Shown here in pieces: positions 30,209 through 39,215 of a stretch of DNA of 64,000 nt (within the stretch, counting starts at the first letter, position 1; every line of letters starts with the position of its first letter). The notes below the pieces were generated by a model, which worked only from the letters and a program-made list of their open reading frames with translations, did not search any database and was not told the origin of the DNA. Both the position numbers and the translations under genes were made by a program. Source of the stretch: Desulfuromonas sp. (GTDB lineage Bacteria; Desulfobacterota; Desulfuromonadia; Desulfuromonadales; UBA2294); NCBI GenBank assembly GCA_002869615.1, contig PKUH01000106.1:6158-70157 (forward strand), in the 5' to 3' direction.

Positions 30209-31675
30209 TCATTTTTCTTCCGTGGGCCAGCAGAGGCATGGCTGACGGGCCGCCGTTGTCTCATCGAGCCGCTTGATCCGGGTTAACTGCGGCGCCTCGT
30301 GCAACAGCTCCGGATTGGTCTTCGCCTCTTCGGCAATCGCCAGCATCGCATCACAGAACTCATCGAGTATCTCCATGCTCTCGGTCTCGGTCGGCTCGAT
30401 CATGATCGCCCCCTTGACCACCAGCGGAAAATAGATGGTCGGTGGATGGAATCCGTAATCGATCAGGCGCTTGGCAACATCGAGGGTATGGCAATCACCG
30501 TCAAGGTCCTTGTCGGAAAAAACGACCTCATGCAGGGAACGATGCTTGTGCGGCAGATCGAAGACCGGTTCCAACCGGGCGCGGATGTAGTTGGCGTTGA
30601 GAACCGCCATCTGACTGGCCCGTTTGAGGCCGGCGGCACCCATCGTCAGGATATAAGACCAGGCCCGGACCATAACACCGAAGTTGCCGTAAAAAGAGCG
30701 GAGCCGACCGATCGACTGCGGCAGGTCGGACTTGAGGGCGTAACCATTACCGTCCTTGATGATGATCGGAGTCGGCAGAAACGGCTCCAGCTCGGCGGTA
30801 ATACCAACCGGCCCGGCCCCCGGGCCACCGCCGCCATGCGGAGTCGAAAACGTCTTGTGCAGGTTGAAGTGCATGACATCGATCCCCATGTCTCCGGGCC
30901 GGGCGATGCCCATTAGAGCGTTGAGGTTGGCACCATCACAGTAAACCAGGCCGCCGCCAGCATGAACAATATCGCAAATCTTCCTGATATCCGATTCAAA
31001 AAGGCCGAGGGTGTTCGGGTTGGTCACCATCAGCGCGGCGACATCGTCATCCATGAACTCGGCGACCGTTTCCGCCGTCAGGACCCCTGCCCCCTTCGAC
31101 TCTATCGGCACAACCTCGTAGCCGCACAGAGACGCCGTTGCCGGATTGGTGCCATGCGCCGTATCCGGGATCAGAACTTTTGTCCGCTTGTTGCCCCTGG
31201 CTTCGTGCCAGGCGCGAATCATCAGCATTCCGGCCAGTTCACCGTGAGCCCCGGCCGCCGGCTGAAGAGTCACCCTGGCGAAACCGGAAATTTCGGCAAG
31301 CGCCTGCTGCAGATCGTACATCAGGCCAAGAGAACCCTGGCTCAGAGCTTCGGGCGTGTACGGGTGGCATTGACTGAAACCGGCAATCCGGGCCGCGGCT
31401 TCGTTGACCTTGGGGTTGTACTTCATGGTACAGCTGCCGAGCGGATAGAAACCGGAGTCAACACCGTAATTCCAGGTCGACAGCCGCGTAAAGTGCCGGA
31501 CCACGTCGACCTCGGAAACCTCGGGGAAGCCTTCGACTTCATTCCGCGTCAGATGTTCGGGCAGAGAAGCTGTCGGCACATCGAGTTTTGGCAGACTGTA
31601 GCCTTTGCGCCCCGGATCGGTATGGTCAAAAATCAGCTTTTCGTTCAGTTGCAAACCACTGGTTCCCGGCCTCAT
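30209..31675 (-). CDS. gcvPB: Glycine dehydrogenase (decarboxylating) subunit 2
   Basis: 488 aa with the PLP-lysine context HFNLHKTFSTPHGGGGPG. It overlaps the gcvPA stop by 4 nt. Confidence 0.95.
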   Translation of the reverse strand: MRPGTSGLQLNEKLIFDHTDPGRKGYSLPKLDVPTASLPEHLTRNEVEGFPEVSEVDVVRHFTRLSTWNYGVDSGFYPLGSCTMKYNPKVNEAAARIAGFSQCHPYTPEALSQGSLGLMYDLQQALAEISGFARVTLQPAAGAHGELAGMLMIRAWHEARGNKRTKVLIPDTAHGTNPATASLCGYEVVPIESKGAGVLTAETVAEFMDDDVAALMVTNPNTLGLFESDIRKICDIVHAGGGLVYCDGANLNALMGIARPGDMGIDVMHFNLHKTFSTPHGGGGPGAGPVGITAELEPFLPTPIIIKDGNGYALKSDLPQSIGRLRSFYGNFGVMVRAWSYILTMGAAGLKRASQMAVLNANYIRARLEPVFDLPHKHRSLHEVVFSDKDLDGDCHTLDVAKRLIDYGFHPPTIYFPLVVKGAIMIEPTETESMEILDEFCDAMLAIAEEAKTNPELLHEAPQLTRIKRLDETTAARQPCLCWPTEEK

Positions 31676-33021
31676 GCGGCACCTCCCTTCAGGGCAGTGA
31701 CAAGCCGGTCGATATCCTTCCGGCGATGCTGCTCAGTGACACAAACCAGGAAATGATTCTCCATCCCGGTAAAGAAGCGTTCCAACGGAATACCGCCGAG
31801 AACCTTGTCACCTTCAAGTCGTTCCATCAGCTCCGACAGATCCTGATCGCAGGAGACAACGAATTCATTGAAGGTCGGGCCGCTGAAGGGAATTGTGAAT
31901 CCGGGAATGTCGGCGATCGCATTTTTGGCATATTCCGCCTTGGCCAGATTCTGTTCCGCTACTTCGCGAATCCCCTTTTTGCCCATCAGACAAAGATACA
32001 TATTGGCCATCAGAGCGCACATCCCCTGGTTCGAACAGATGTTCGAGGTCGCCTTTTCACGCCGGATATGCTGTTCACGGGTCGCCAGGGTCAATACGAA
32101 TCCGTTTTTCCCTTCGGTATCGGTGGTTGCGCCGACCAGACGGCCCGGCATCGAGCGAACGGTTTTCTGCCGGGCGGCAAAAAAACCGACCCCCGGACCG
32201 CCGAAGGAAACCGGCATACCGAAACTCTGGCCCTCGCCGATGACGATATCGGCCCCACCCTCGCCCGGCGATTTAAGCAGGCCGAGTGCAACCGGCTCCG
32301 GTACCGCCGTTACCAGCAGAGCGCCATCCTTGTGCACGGTTTCGGCCAGAGCCGAGATATCCTCGATAACGCCGAAGAAGTTCGGATACCCGATGACCAG
32401 AGCCGCAGTCTGTTCGTTGAGAGCAGCTGCGAGCGCATCCTGGTCAACCCGGCCATCCGCAAGATAAGGGATCTCCGCCAACTCCATCTCGAGGTAACGA
32501 CAGTAGGTCTCAACCGTTTGTCGATATTCGGGATGTAAAGAACCGGCAAGCAGCACTCTCTTGCGTCGGGTCGCCCGGGCCGCCATCAGTACGGCCTCGG
32601 CACAGGCCGAAGCACCATCGTACATCGACGCGTTGCTGACATCCATCCCGGTCAACTGGCAGATCAGGGTCTGGTATTCGAATATAGCCTGCAGGGTCCC
32701 CTGGCTGATTTCCTGCTGGTAGGGTGTGTAAGCGGTATAAAACTCACTACGCGACACCAGCTGGTCGATAACTGACGGAATAAAATGATTGTAAGCGCCA
32801 CCCCCGAGAAAAGAGAGGTACTCACTGACCGAGGCGTTCTCCGCAGCCATTTCCTGCAGTTGCCGCAGCAACTCACTTTCGGAAAGAGCTTCCGGAAGCT
32901 GCATCTGGCGGTCCAGACGAAGCTCGGCCGGCACCTCCTCGAAAAGGTCTTCAATTGATTGAACACCGATAGCTGCCAGCATCTGCCGGACATCTTCCTC
33001 GGTATGGGGGATATAGCGCAT
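31672..33021 (-). CDS. gcvPA: Glycine dehydrogenase (decarboxylating) subunit 1
   Basis: The start MRYIPHTEEDVRQML at 33021 avoids overlap with gcvH and follows a CAGGAG RBS. Family homology runs throughout. Confidence 0.93.
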   Translation of the reverse strand: MRYIPHTEEDVRQMLAAIGVQSIEDLFEEVPAELRLDRQMQLPEALSESELLRQLQEMAAENASVSEYLSFLGGGAYNHFIPSVIDQLVSRSEFYTAYTPYQQEISQGTLQAIFEYQTLICQLTGMDVSNASMYDGASACAEAVLMAARATRRKRVLLAGSLHPEYRQTVETYCRYLEMELAEIPYLADGRVDQDALAAALNEQTAALVIGYPNFFGVIEDISALAETVHKDGALLVTAVPEPVALGLLKSPGEGGADIVIGEGQSFGMPVSFGGPGVGFFAARQKTVRSMPGRLVGATTDTEGKNGFVLTLATREQHIRREKATSNICSNQGMCALMANMYLCLMGKKGIREVAEQNLAKAEYAKNAIADIPGFTIPFSGPTFNEFVVSCDQDLSELMERLEGDKVLGGIPLERFFTGMENHFLVCVTEQHRRKDIDRLVTALKGGAA

Positions 33022-33043
33022 ATCAAACTCCTGCTGGCGGCGA

Positions 33044-33430
33044 TTAGCTCTCTTCTTCGACAAAAGCCTGGTAGCCTTCCGCATCAAGCAGACCATCAAG
33101 TTCCGATGAATCAGTCAGCTTGATCTTGATCATCCAGCCATCCTCGTACGGAGAGGCATTAACCAGTTCCGGGGTGTCGGGCAGTTCATCATTAACTTCA
33201 ACAACTTCACCCGAAACGGGCGCATAGATATCGGAAACAGCCTTGACCGATTCAACAACGCCGAAGGATTTGCCGCATTCGACCGAAACGCCCTCCTCGG
33301 GAAGTTCAACGAATACAACATCACCCAATGCATCCTGGGCAAAATCGGTAATACCAACCGTTACGACATCATCTTCGATCGACAGCCATTCATGTTCTTC
33401 TGTGTACTTGAGATCTACAGGATAGTCCAT
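33044..33430 (-). CDS. gcvH: Glycine cleavage system H protein
   Basis: 128 aa with the lipoyl-lysine motif [16 protein letters not shown]. Confidence 0.95.
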   Translation of the reverse strand: MDYPVDLKYTEEHEWLSIEDDVVTVGITDFAQDALGDVVFVELPEEGVSVECGKSFGVVESVKAVSDIYAPVSGEVVEVNDELPDTPELVNASPYEDGWMIKIKLTDSSELDGLLDAEGYQAFVEEES

Positions 33431-33482
33431 ATTTTCCTCCTGATCGTTTGAGGTTCTCGTTTATTATGCTTAATACTTAAAG

Positions 33483-34358
33483 TTAATTCTGCCTGAGAAT
33501 TTCAGGGATTTTCGCCTCAAGGCCCAAGGTCATCAGATGGACTCCGTGGCACCGATCACGGGCAACGGAAACCATCTCCCGGGCAATTGCAACACCTTCG
33601 GCAAGCGGGTCTGAAGCCTTGTCAAGCCGCTCGATAATCGCCGCCGGAACCTTAACTCCCGGGATGTTGGCATTGAGAAAACGCGCCATCCGGGAGTTTT
33701 TCAACAACAGGACTCCGGCCAGAACAGGAACATTGAGCGGTCCGGCATCATCCATGAAATGTTCGAGTTTCTGACTGTCGAATACGGCCTGGGTCTGAAA
33801 GAACCGGGCCCCGGCCTCAATTTTTTTCCGGTACTTCTGAAACATCAGCTCAAACGGTTCCGACTCCGGATTGACTGCGGCACCGGGAAAAAACGCAGGA
33901 AGTCCCGCCAACTCCGTTCCCGACATGTCACACCCCTGCGCCAGGCTGTGTACCACCTGAAGGAGCTGTACCGAATCGAGATCAAAGACCGACCGTGCCT
34001 CGGGATGATCACCAAACCGGGTATGATCGCCCGAAAGTAACAGCAGGTTTTCGATACCGAGAGCAGCCGCCCCGAGCAGATCGGACTGCAGGGCCATGCG
34101 GTTGCGGTCACGGCAAGTTAACTGCAGAATCGGTTCGACCCCCGCTTCCGCCAATTTCCCGGCCAGGACCAGCGGGGTCATCCGCATGTTGGCGCCCTGA
34201 TTATCGGTAACATTGACCGCGGCAATTCCGTCAAAAGCGGCGGCGGTTGCGAGCGCTTCGGCCACAGCAACGCCTTTCGGCGGAGCGACCTCGGCCGTCG
34301 CGACAAACCGGCCGCCGGCCATTGCCTCCTGCAATCGTGACATCAATGACTCCCGCAA
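33483..34358 (-). CDS. metF: Methylenetetrahydrofolate reductase, MetF (acetogen-type catalytic subunit)
   Basis: 291-aa MTHFR TIM-barrel family (..ATAEVAPPKG.., ..NVTDNQGANMRM.., ..LQLTCRDRNR..). It sits directly downstream of a MetV-like gene. Confidence 0.85.
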   Translation of the reverse strand: MRESLMSRLQEAMAGGRFVATAEVAPPKGVAVAEALATAAAFDGIAAVNVTDNQGANMRMTPLVLAGKLAEAGVEPILQLTCRDRNRMALQSDLLGAAALGIENLLLLSGDHTRFGDHPEARSVFDLDSVQLLQVVHSLAQGCDMSGTELAGLPAFFPGAAVNPESEPFELMFQKYRKKIEAGARFFQTQAVFDSQKLEHFMDDAGPLNVPVLAGVLLLKNSRMARFLNANIPGVKVPAAIIERLDKASDPLAEGVAIAREMVSVARDRCHGVHLMTLGLEAKIPEILRQN

Positions 34359-34386
34359 GCCAAAAATCTGAGCCGGAATCGCATCG

Positions 34387-35034
34387 TTACTTCTTTATAT
34401 TGAATCGTCCCGGCTTGCGCCGCCGGTCCCAGTGTTTCGGGGCAACCGTACGGGCAAATACCCCGGAACGCTTTTGCTTTTTCAGCCGCTCGTAAATCAG
34501 GTGCCAGGCACAATCAATCTCGTGATCGACCTCGCATCGCCCCTCTTCCATGCCACCGCAGGGACCATTCAGCAAGCCCTTGGAACAATTGGTCACCGGG
34601 CAGATCCCGGCGGTATCATTGATGATGCAGTCACCGCAGAGTGAACATTTCTCCTCATACTGGCCAAAGCGTCTGATATTACCGAGAAACAGTGAATCGA
34701 GACCGCCGATCACCCGTTTGTCACTACTTGCAGAAATCGACTGGATGCCGGCGCCACAGGAGAGCACCAGCAGGGCATCGGCATCTTCGACCGCCTGCTT
34801 GTGATGACGCAGATCACGACCGGCCCGCATAATATGGCAAGCCTCATCGATAACAACACTTCCGGTCACATCACATTGAACCGCTTCAAGCCATTCCTGC
34901 ATCTGAAAGACTTCTTCCTCGCCACCCGATTTGCACGCCGTGGCGCAGGCCCCGCACCCGACCAGGAAAACCCGTTCGGCCCCGTCGAGAGCGGCGAGCA
35001 GTTCTTCGTTATTTTTCCGACTGCTGATAATCAT
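34387..35034 (-). CDS. metV: MetV-like zinc/Fe-S subunit (MTHFR C-terminal-domain protein)
   Basis: Cys-rich (GCGACATACKSGG, CSLCGDC, CPVTNCSKGLLNGPCGG). The start MIISSRKNNEEL at 35034 is 10 nt after the folD stop. Confidence 0.75.
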   Translation of the reverse strand: MIISSRKNNEELLAALDGAERVFLVGCGACATACKSGGEEEVFQMQEWLEAVQCDVTGSVVIDEACHIMRAGRDLRHHKQAVEDADALLVLSCGAGIQSISASSDKRVIGGLDSLFLGNIRRFGQYEEKCSLCGDCIINDTAGICPVTNCSKGLLNGPCGGMEEGRCEVDHEIDCAWHLIYERLKKQKRSGVFARTVAPKHWDRRRKPGRFNIKK

Positions 35035-35044
35035 TGAGTCAAGA

Positions 35045-35902
35045 CTAGCCCATGGCGGCGAGGCGACGCTTGGCCGCTTCAACCGTGTTATAAAGGAGCA
35101 TGGTAATCGTCATCGGACCGACACCACCCGGCACCGGGGTAATCGCACTGGCGTGGCGGCTCGCACCTTCGAAATCGACATCACCGACCAGTTTTTTCTC
35201 GCCCACCCGGTTGACACCGACATCGATAACGACCGCACCATCCTTGATCCAGTCACCCTTGACCATCTCCGGCCGGCCGACCGCGGCAATAACAACATCA
35301 GCCTGGCGCACCTTGTCAGCCAGATCACGCGTACGCGAATGACAGATCGTCACCGTCGCATGTTCTTCGAGGCACATCAGGGCCACCGGCTTGCCGACAA
35401 TATTGGAACGGCCAACGACGACGACCTCTTTCCCCTTGAGATCGACACCTTCAGCCTCAAACATCTTCATGACCCCATACGGAGTGCAGGGTTTGAACAG
35501 GGCGTTACCGGTCGCCAGGCGACCGACGTTGTACGGATGAAAACCGTCGGCATCCTTTTTGGGTGAAATCGCCTCGAGCACTTTCGCTTCATCGATCTGG
35601 TCCGGCAGTGGCAACTGAACCAGAATGCCGTCGATCCGCTCATCATTGTTCAACTCGTCAATCAGGGCGAGAAGCTGCTCTTCGCTGGTCTCGGCCGGCA
35701 GTTTATGCTCGTCGGAGAAAATGCCGCACTCCTCACAAGCCTTCTCCTTCATCGAGACATAGACCCGACTGGCCGGATCATCACCAACCAGAACCACAGC
35801 CAGCCCCGGAGTCACCCCTTTTTCCTTCAAGCCGGCAACATCATCCGATATTGCCCCTCGCAGATTCCTGGCGATCTGCTTGCCATCAATTATTTGCGCC
35901 AT
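35045..35902 (-). CDS. folD: Bifunctional methylene-THF dehydrogenase / methenyl-THF cyclohydrolase
   Basis: The start [11 protein letters not shown] at 35902 matches the canonical FolD N-terminus. Also [13 protein letters not shown] and [11 protein letters not shown]. Confidence 0.94.
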   Translation of the reverse strand: MAQIIDGKQIARNLRGAISDDVAGLKEKGVTPGLAVVLVGDDPASRVYVSMKEKACEECGIFSDEHKLPAETSEEQLLALIDELNNDERIDGILVQLPLPDQIDEAKVLEAISPKKDADGFHPYNVGRLATGNALFKPCTPYGVMKMFEAEGVDLKGKEVVVVGRSNIVGKPVALMCLEEHATVTICHSRTRDLADKVRQADVVIAAVGRPEMVKGDWIKDGAVVIDVGVNRVGEKKLVGDVDFEGASRHASAITPVPGGVGPMTITMLLYNTVEAAKRRLAAMG

Positions 35903-36071
35903 AATCCTAGATAAGACTCCTTTGAAAATGAACACCAAATATAAACAGATATAAGAGAGATTGTAAAGATGATAGGCAAGCCGGAACAAGCTTTTTGAAA
36001 AGAGCGGTTTGTCAATTTAAAAGAGAGTCTTTTGATGCAAGCTTCCGGGCGCGTCAACAGCTGCATTGAAC

Positions 36072-36098
36072 AAAGAAAAAGCCCCGGGATTCCGGGGC
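36072..36098 (-). terminator. Rho-independent terminator of the FmdB-like gene
   Basis: The minus strand reads GCCCCGG-AATC-CCGGGGC followed by TTTTTCTTT. Confidence 0.75.
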
Positions 36099-36131
36099 TC
36101 GAAACGTACCTAGAAAATGGTAAACATCAAC

Positions 36132-36377
36132 CTACTCGTTTGCCGCCTTGGGACAACCGGCGCAGGCCGGGCTCTTCTCGGAAGAGTCGCAGGACGGCTT
36201 TGGGCCATAACCCTGATCATACCAGCCATCGCCCTTGAGGGTAAAAGCTGTCTGGGAAATCAATTTCTGCACACTGCCGCCACACTCACGACATTCGGTG
36301 AGCGGTGCATCGGAAAATTTCTGGCGGGCTTCAAAAACCAGATCACAAGCGCTGCATTTGTATTCGTACATCGGCAT
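36132..36377 (-). CDS. FmdB-family (CxxC_CxxC_SSSS) zinc-ribbon protein
   Basis: MPMYEYKCSACDLVFE....LTECRECGG is the family hallmark. The start is probably the ATG at 36377, with GGAGG upstream. Confidence 0.85.
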   Translation of the reverse strand: MPMYEYKCSACDLVFEARQKFSDAPLTECRECGGSVQKLISQTAFTLKGDGWYDQGYGPKPSCDSSEKSPACAGCPKAANE

Positions 36378-36617
36378 GGTATTCAATGACCTCCATAAAA
36401 GTTCGGCGATAATCTAATAACTTGGCTCTGTTTTGTCAAGCCAATGAAGTAAAAAACAGGGCTAACGACGACATACCGCTTGCACAACAGCTGAAAAAAC
36501 ATTAATTTGAGGTAATTCTGATGCTTGATCTGTCGAATAAATTATGCTATTTTCCGTTGAATATCAACAAATTATACAATTGTCAGTTGCAATTACAACT
36601 TCCGGCAGGAGGGAAAG

Positions 36618-37247
36618 ATGATCCGTAAAGTTTGTACCATACTTATTATCCTGATCTGCGTCACCGCAACTTCAGCATTCGCATTTGACCAGGACTACAG
36701 AAAGTACCTGACCCTGGGTGGTGGCTTCACTTTGATGCAGGAGACCGATCAGAACCATGACGATTCGGTCACCTTTGTTAACCAGCCACTAACTATCAGC
36801 TCCGACAAGGGATTCAACGGTTTTCTCGCAACCGGCATGTCTTATGATGCCGGCCGGGTTGAGTTCTCACTGCATTACAACCAGGCAGAGTTCGAAGAAT
36901 TCAAAGACTCTCTCGGGGCAACGACCAATCTTGAAGGTAATCTGAAATTCGTCTCATTTCTGATGAGCGTTTTTTGGGAATTCAACAAGGACGGCATCAT
37001 GTCTCCATACTTTGGTGGTGGCATTGGCGCCTGCCATATCAAGATGGATGATTCAACCCTCGGCGAGAACCGGGATGGTGCTGCCGTTATTCAGCTCGGT
37101 ATCGGCCTGAATTTCAATATCAGCGAGAACCTTGAGTTAGATCTCGGCTACAAGGCTATGAGCGTCGTGGAGCCGAACCTCGGACCGATCAACCCGAGCT
37201 ACCTGACAACGCACAACGGTAATCTTGCTTTCCGCTTCCTCTACTAG
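36618..37247 (+). CDS. Small outer-membrane beta-barrel protein (OmpA-like barrel / OmpW-size)
   Basis: Signal peptide ending SAFA, alternating amphipathic strands and a C-terminal aromatic terminus AFRFLY. GGAGGGAAAG RBS. Confidence 0.7.
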   Translation: MIRKVCTILIILICVTATSAFAFDQDYRKYLTLGGGFTLMQETDQNHDDSVTFVNQPLTISSDKGFNGFLATGMSYDAGRVEFSLHYNQAEFEEFKDSLGATTNLEGNLKFVSFLMSVFWEFNKDGIMSPYFGGGIGACHIKMDDSTLGENRDGAAVIQLGIGLNFNISENLELDLGYKAMSVVEPNLGPINPSYLTTHNGNLAFRFLY

Positions 37248-37274
37248 TCGACATAAAACAATATGAATTTTCTG

Positions 37275-37304
37275 ACGGGCAGCCATAACAGCTGCCCGTT
37301 TTTT
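37275..37304 (+). terminator. Rho-independent terminator
   Basis: ACGGGCAGC-CATAACA-GCTGCCCGT followed by TTTTT. Confidence 0.85.
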
Positions 37305-37387
37305 ATGAGAGAGCTCTCACGACCGTTGACAACCCGTTATCGAACATGCTACCTCTTGAATTCAGCTTTTTGAATATTAATTATACT

Positions 37388-37483
37388 GGGAGTAGTTCGT
37401 AGTCTGGTGACGCGCTCGGTCTTCAAAACCGATGGGGGGCGTATCCCGTCCCCGGTGGGTTCGATTCCCATCTGCTCCCGCCA
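37388..37483 (+). tRNA. selC: tRNA-Sec (anticodon UCA), bacterial 8/5 fold
   Basis: Hand fold of 96 nt: 8-bp acceptor GGGAGTAG/CTGCTCCC, 6-bp D stem with 4-nt loop (CGT(A)GTC-TGGT-GACGCG), anticodon loop CTTCAAA, 7-bp long variable arm GGGGGCG-TATCC-CGTCCCC, 5-bp T stem GTGGG-TTCGATT-CCCAT, discriminator G, encoded CCA. Confidence 0.93.
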
Positions 37484-37503
37484 ATAGAAAAGGAAGCATT
37501 GTT

Positions 37504-37773
37504 ATGCTGCCACCGAAACAGCACGAAAAGTACTGCAACTTCTACGATGCGGTCCGTGACGAATCGAACCTCGACAGGAAAACGACCATCCTGGTCGGGC
37601 TCGCTTCGGCCATGGCGATCGGCTGCGAACCATGAATCGAGCACTACCTTGGCGTTGCCAGGGACGACAACATCTCGAAAGAAGAAATCGGCGCCACCCA
37701 GGGGATTGTCATTGCGGTCGCGGCCGGCAAGGTCAATGCCCTGATGAAAAAAGCCGAAACGAATTCAGAATAG
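37504..37773 (+). CDS. AhpD-like / carboxymuconolactone-decarboxylase-family selenoprotein. The in-frame UGA at 37633-37635 is read as Sec.
   Basis: Translation is MLPPKQHEKY...LASAMAIGCEP-U-IEHYLGVARDDNISKEEIGATQGIVIAVAAGKVNALMKKAETNSE*. The UGA occupies the second Cys position of the family CxxC..H redox motif. CMD-like similarity continues after the UGA. A hairpin lies 11 nt downstream. The ORF track stops at the UGA. Confidence 0.85.
37647..37663 (+). other. Candidate bacterial SECIS hairpin for the AhpD-like gene
   Basis: CCUUGGC-GUU-GCCAGGG (7 bp including one G:U). The stem starts 11 nt after the UGA, and the loop begins with G about 18 nt from the UGA. Confidence 0.55.
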
Positions 37774-37803
37774 CTGAACTTCCATTCTACTCCGGAGGTG
37801 AAG

Positions 37804-39213
37804 ATGTCTGACCGCCGGAACCTGCTCAAAACCCTCCCTGCCATAGACAAAATACTGCACGCGCCCGAGATGATCACGCTGGCCGAAACCTGCCCGCACG
37901 TGCTGCTGGTTGAAGCAGCTCAGCGGACGGTCGATGACTTGCGAAGACAGATTCTCGATGAAAAAATGCCGGCACCGGAGTGCACGCCTGAAATCGTTGC
38001 CAAAAAAGCGCTCGCAATTGCGGAAAAGCTGAATACTCCCTCACTGCAGAAAGTGATCAACGTTACCGGCACCCTGCTCCATACCAACCTCGGGCGAGCC
38101 CCGCTCTGCCAGGCAGCCCTTGCGGCGATGCAGGAAGTCTCGGCCGGGTACTCGAATCTCGAATACGATCTCGATGCCGGTCAACGGGGCAAGCGCTTCC
38201 GCCATGTCGAAGACCTGATCTGCCGCCTGACCGGGGCCGAGGCGGCGACGGTGGTCAACAACAACGCCGGTGCCGTCCTGCTGGCGCTTGCCGCCCTTGC
38301 CGGAGAGAAAGAAGCGCTCGTCTCCCGCGGCGAGTTGATCGAAATCGGCGGTTCGTTCCGCATCCCCGACATCATGGCGGCCGGAAACGTCAGACTGGTC
38401 GAAGTCGGAACCACCAACAAGACCCATCTTGAGGACTACCGCAGGGCGATCACAGCCGATACGGCGCTGATCCTGAAAGTCCATACCAGCAACTACCGCA
38501 TTGTCGGATTTACCGAAGCGGTTCCGGGCAGCGCCCTGGCCGACCTCGGCCGGGAAAAGGGCGTCACTGTACTCGAAGACCTCGGCAGCGGACTGCTGAT
38601 CGATCTGTCAGATTACGGCCTGCCGCCGGAACCGACAGTCGGTGAAGCGTTGAAGACCGGGATAGATGTACTGACATTCAGCGGCGACAAGCTCCTCGGC
38701 GGACCGCAGGCCGGTATTATCGTTGGCCGCAAAGAGTGTATTGAGCGGATACGCAAACACCCGATGGCCCGGGCCCTGCGTATCGACAAGATGACCCTGG
38801 CGGCGATCGAAGCGACCTTGCGTCTTTACCTCGATCCGGAGCAGGCACTGCGCGAAATCCCGACCCTGCGGATGCTGGCGCAGCATGATGACCAGTTAAA
38901 GGTAAAAAGCGAGCAGCTGATCGAGAAACTAATGAAAGAACTGAACGGGGCATGCAGCATGGAATTAATCTCGACACTGGCTACGGTTGGCGGCGGCGCC
39001 CTGCCGCTGGCCGAGCTTCCCGGCTTCGGTATTGCCCTCAAACCGAAAACGATCTCGCCGAACCGGCTGGCCGAAAACCTCCGGCAGTCGATACCACCGG
39101 TTATCGGCCGGATCCAGAACGAATATTTCATTATCGACCCACGGACTCTAGCCGTAGATGAAGAGCCCCTGCTCTGCCAATCTCTGGCGAATGCCTTAAG
39201 GATAACCGACTGA
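37804..39213 (+). CDS. selA: L-seryl-tRNA(Sec) selenium transferase
   Basis: PLP-lysine context FSGDKLLGGPQAG and family homology throughout. The ATG at 37804 follows GGAGG. The ORF-track start at 37798 is a GTG inside the spacer. Confidence 0.94.
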   Translation: MSDRRNLLKTLPAIDKILHAPEMITLAETCPHVLLVEAAQRTVDDLRRQILDEKMPAPECTPEIVAKKALAIAEKLNTPSLQKVINVTGTLLHTNLGRAPLCQAALAAMQEVSAGYSNLEYDLDAGQRGKRFRHVEDLICRLTGAEAATVVNNNAGAVLLALAALAGEKEALVSRGELIEIGGSFRIPDIMAAGNVRLVEVGTTNKTHLEDYRRAITADTALILKVHTSNYRIVGFTEAVPGSALADLGREKGVTVLEDLGSGLLIDLSDYGLPPEPTVGEALKTGIDVLTFSGDKLLGGPQAGIIVGRKECIERIRKHPMARALRIDKMTLAAIEATLRLYLDPEQALREIPTLRMLAQHDDQLKVKSEQLIEKLMKELNGACSMELISTLATVGGGALPLAELPGFGIALKPKTISPNRLAENLRQSIPPVIGRIQNEYFIIDPRTLAVDEEPLLCQSLANALRITD

Positions 39214-39215
39214 CC

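Noticed and set aside
30299-32538. Plus-strand ORFs 30299-30916, 30962-31756 and 31588-32538 (205 to 316 aa)
   Set aside because: They are antisense to the strongly supported gcvPB and gcvPA genes. Their Arg/Gly/Pro-rich translations are typical of high-GC shadow frames.
33431-36131. Glycine or THF riboswitch upstream of gcvH or folD
   Set aside because: I read both leaders on the minus strand. Neither shows the conserved glycine-riboswitch cores (GGAGAG...CACCG...). Only promoter-like A/T-rich sequence and a terminator of the neighbouring gene are present. I cannot exclude weaker matches without running Infernal.
37432-37503. Upstream extension of the AhpD-like ORF (start at 37432)
   Set aside because: It overlaps the 3' half of tRNA-Sec. 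The ATG at 37504 has an AAAGGAAG RBS and gives a family-typical length.
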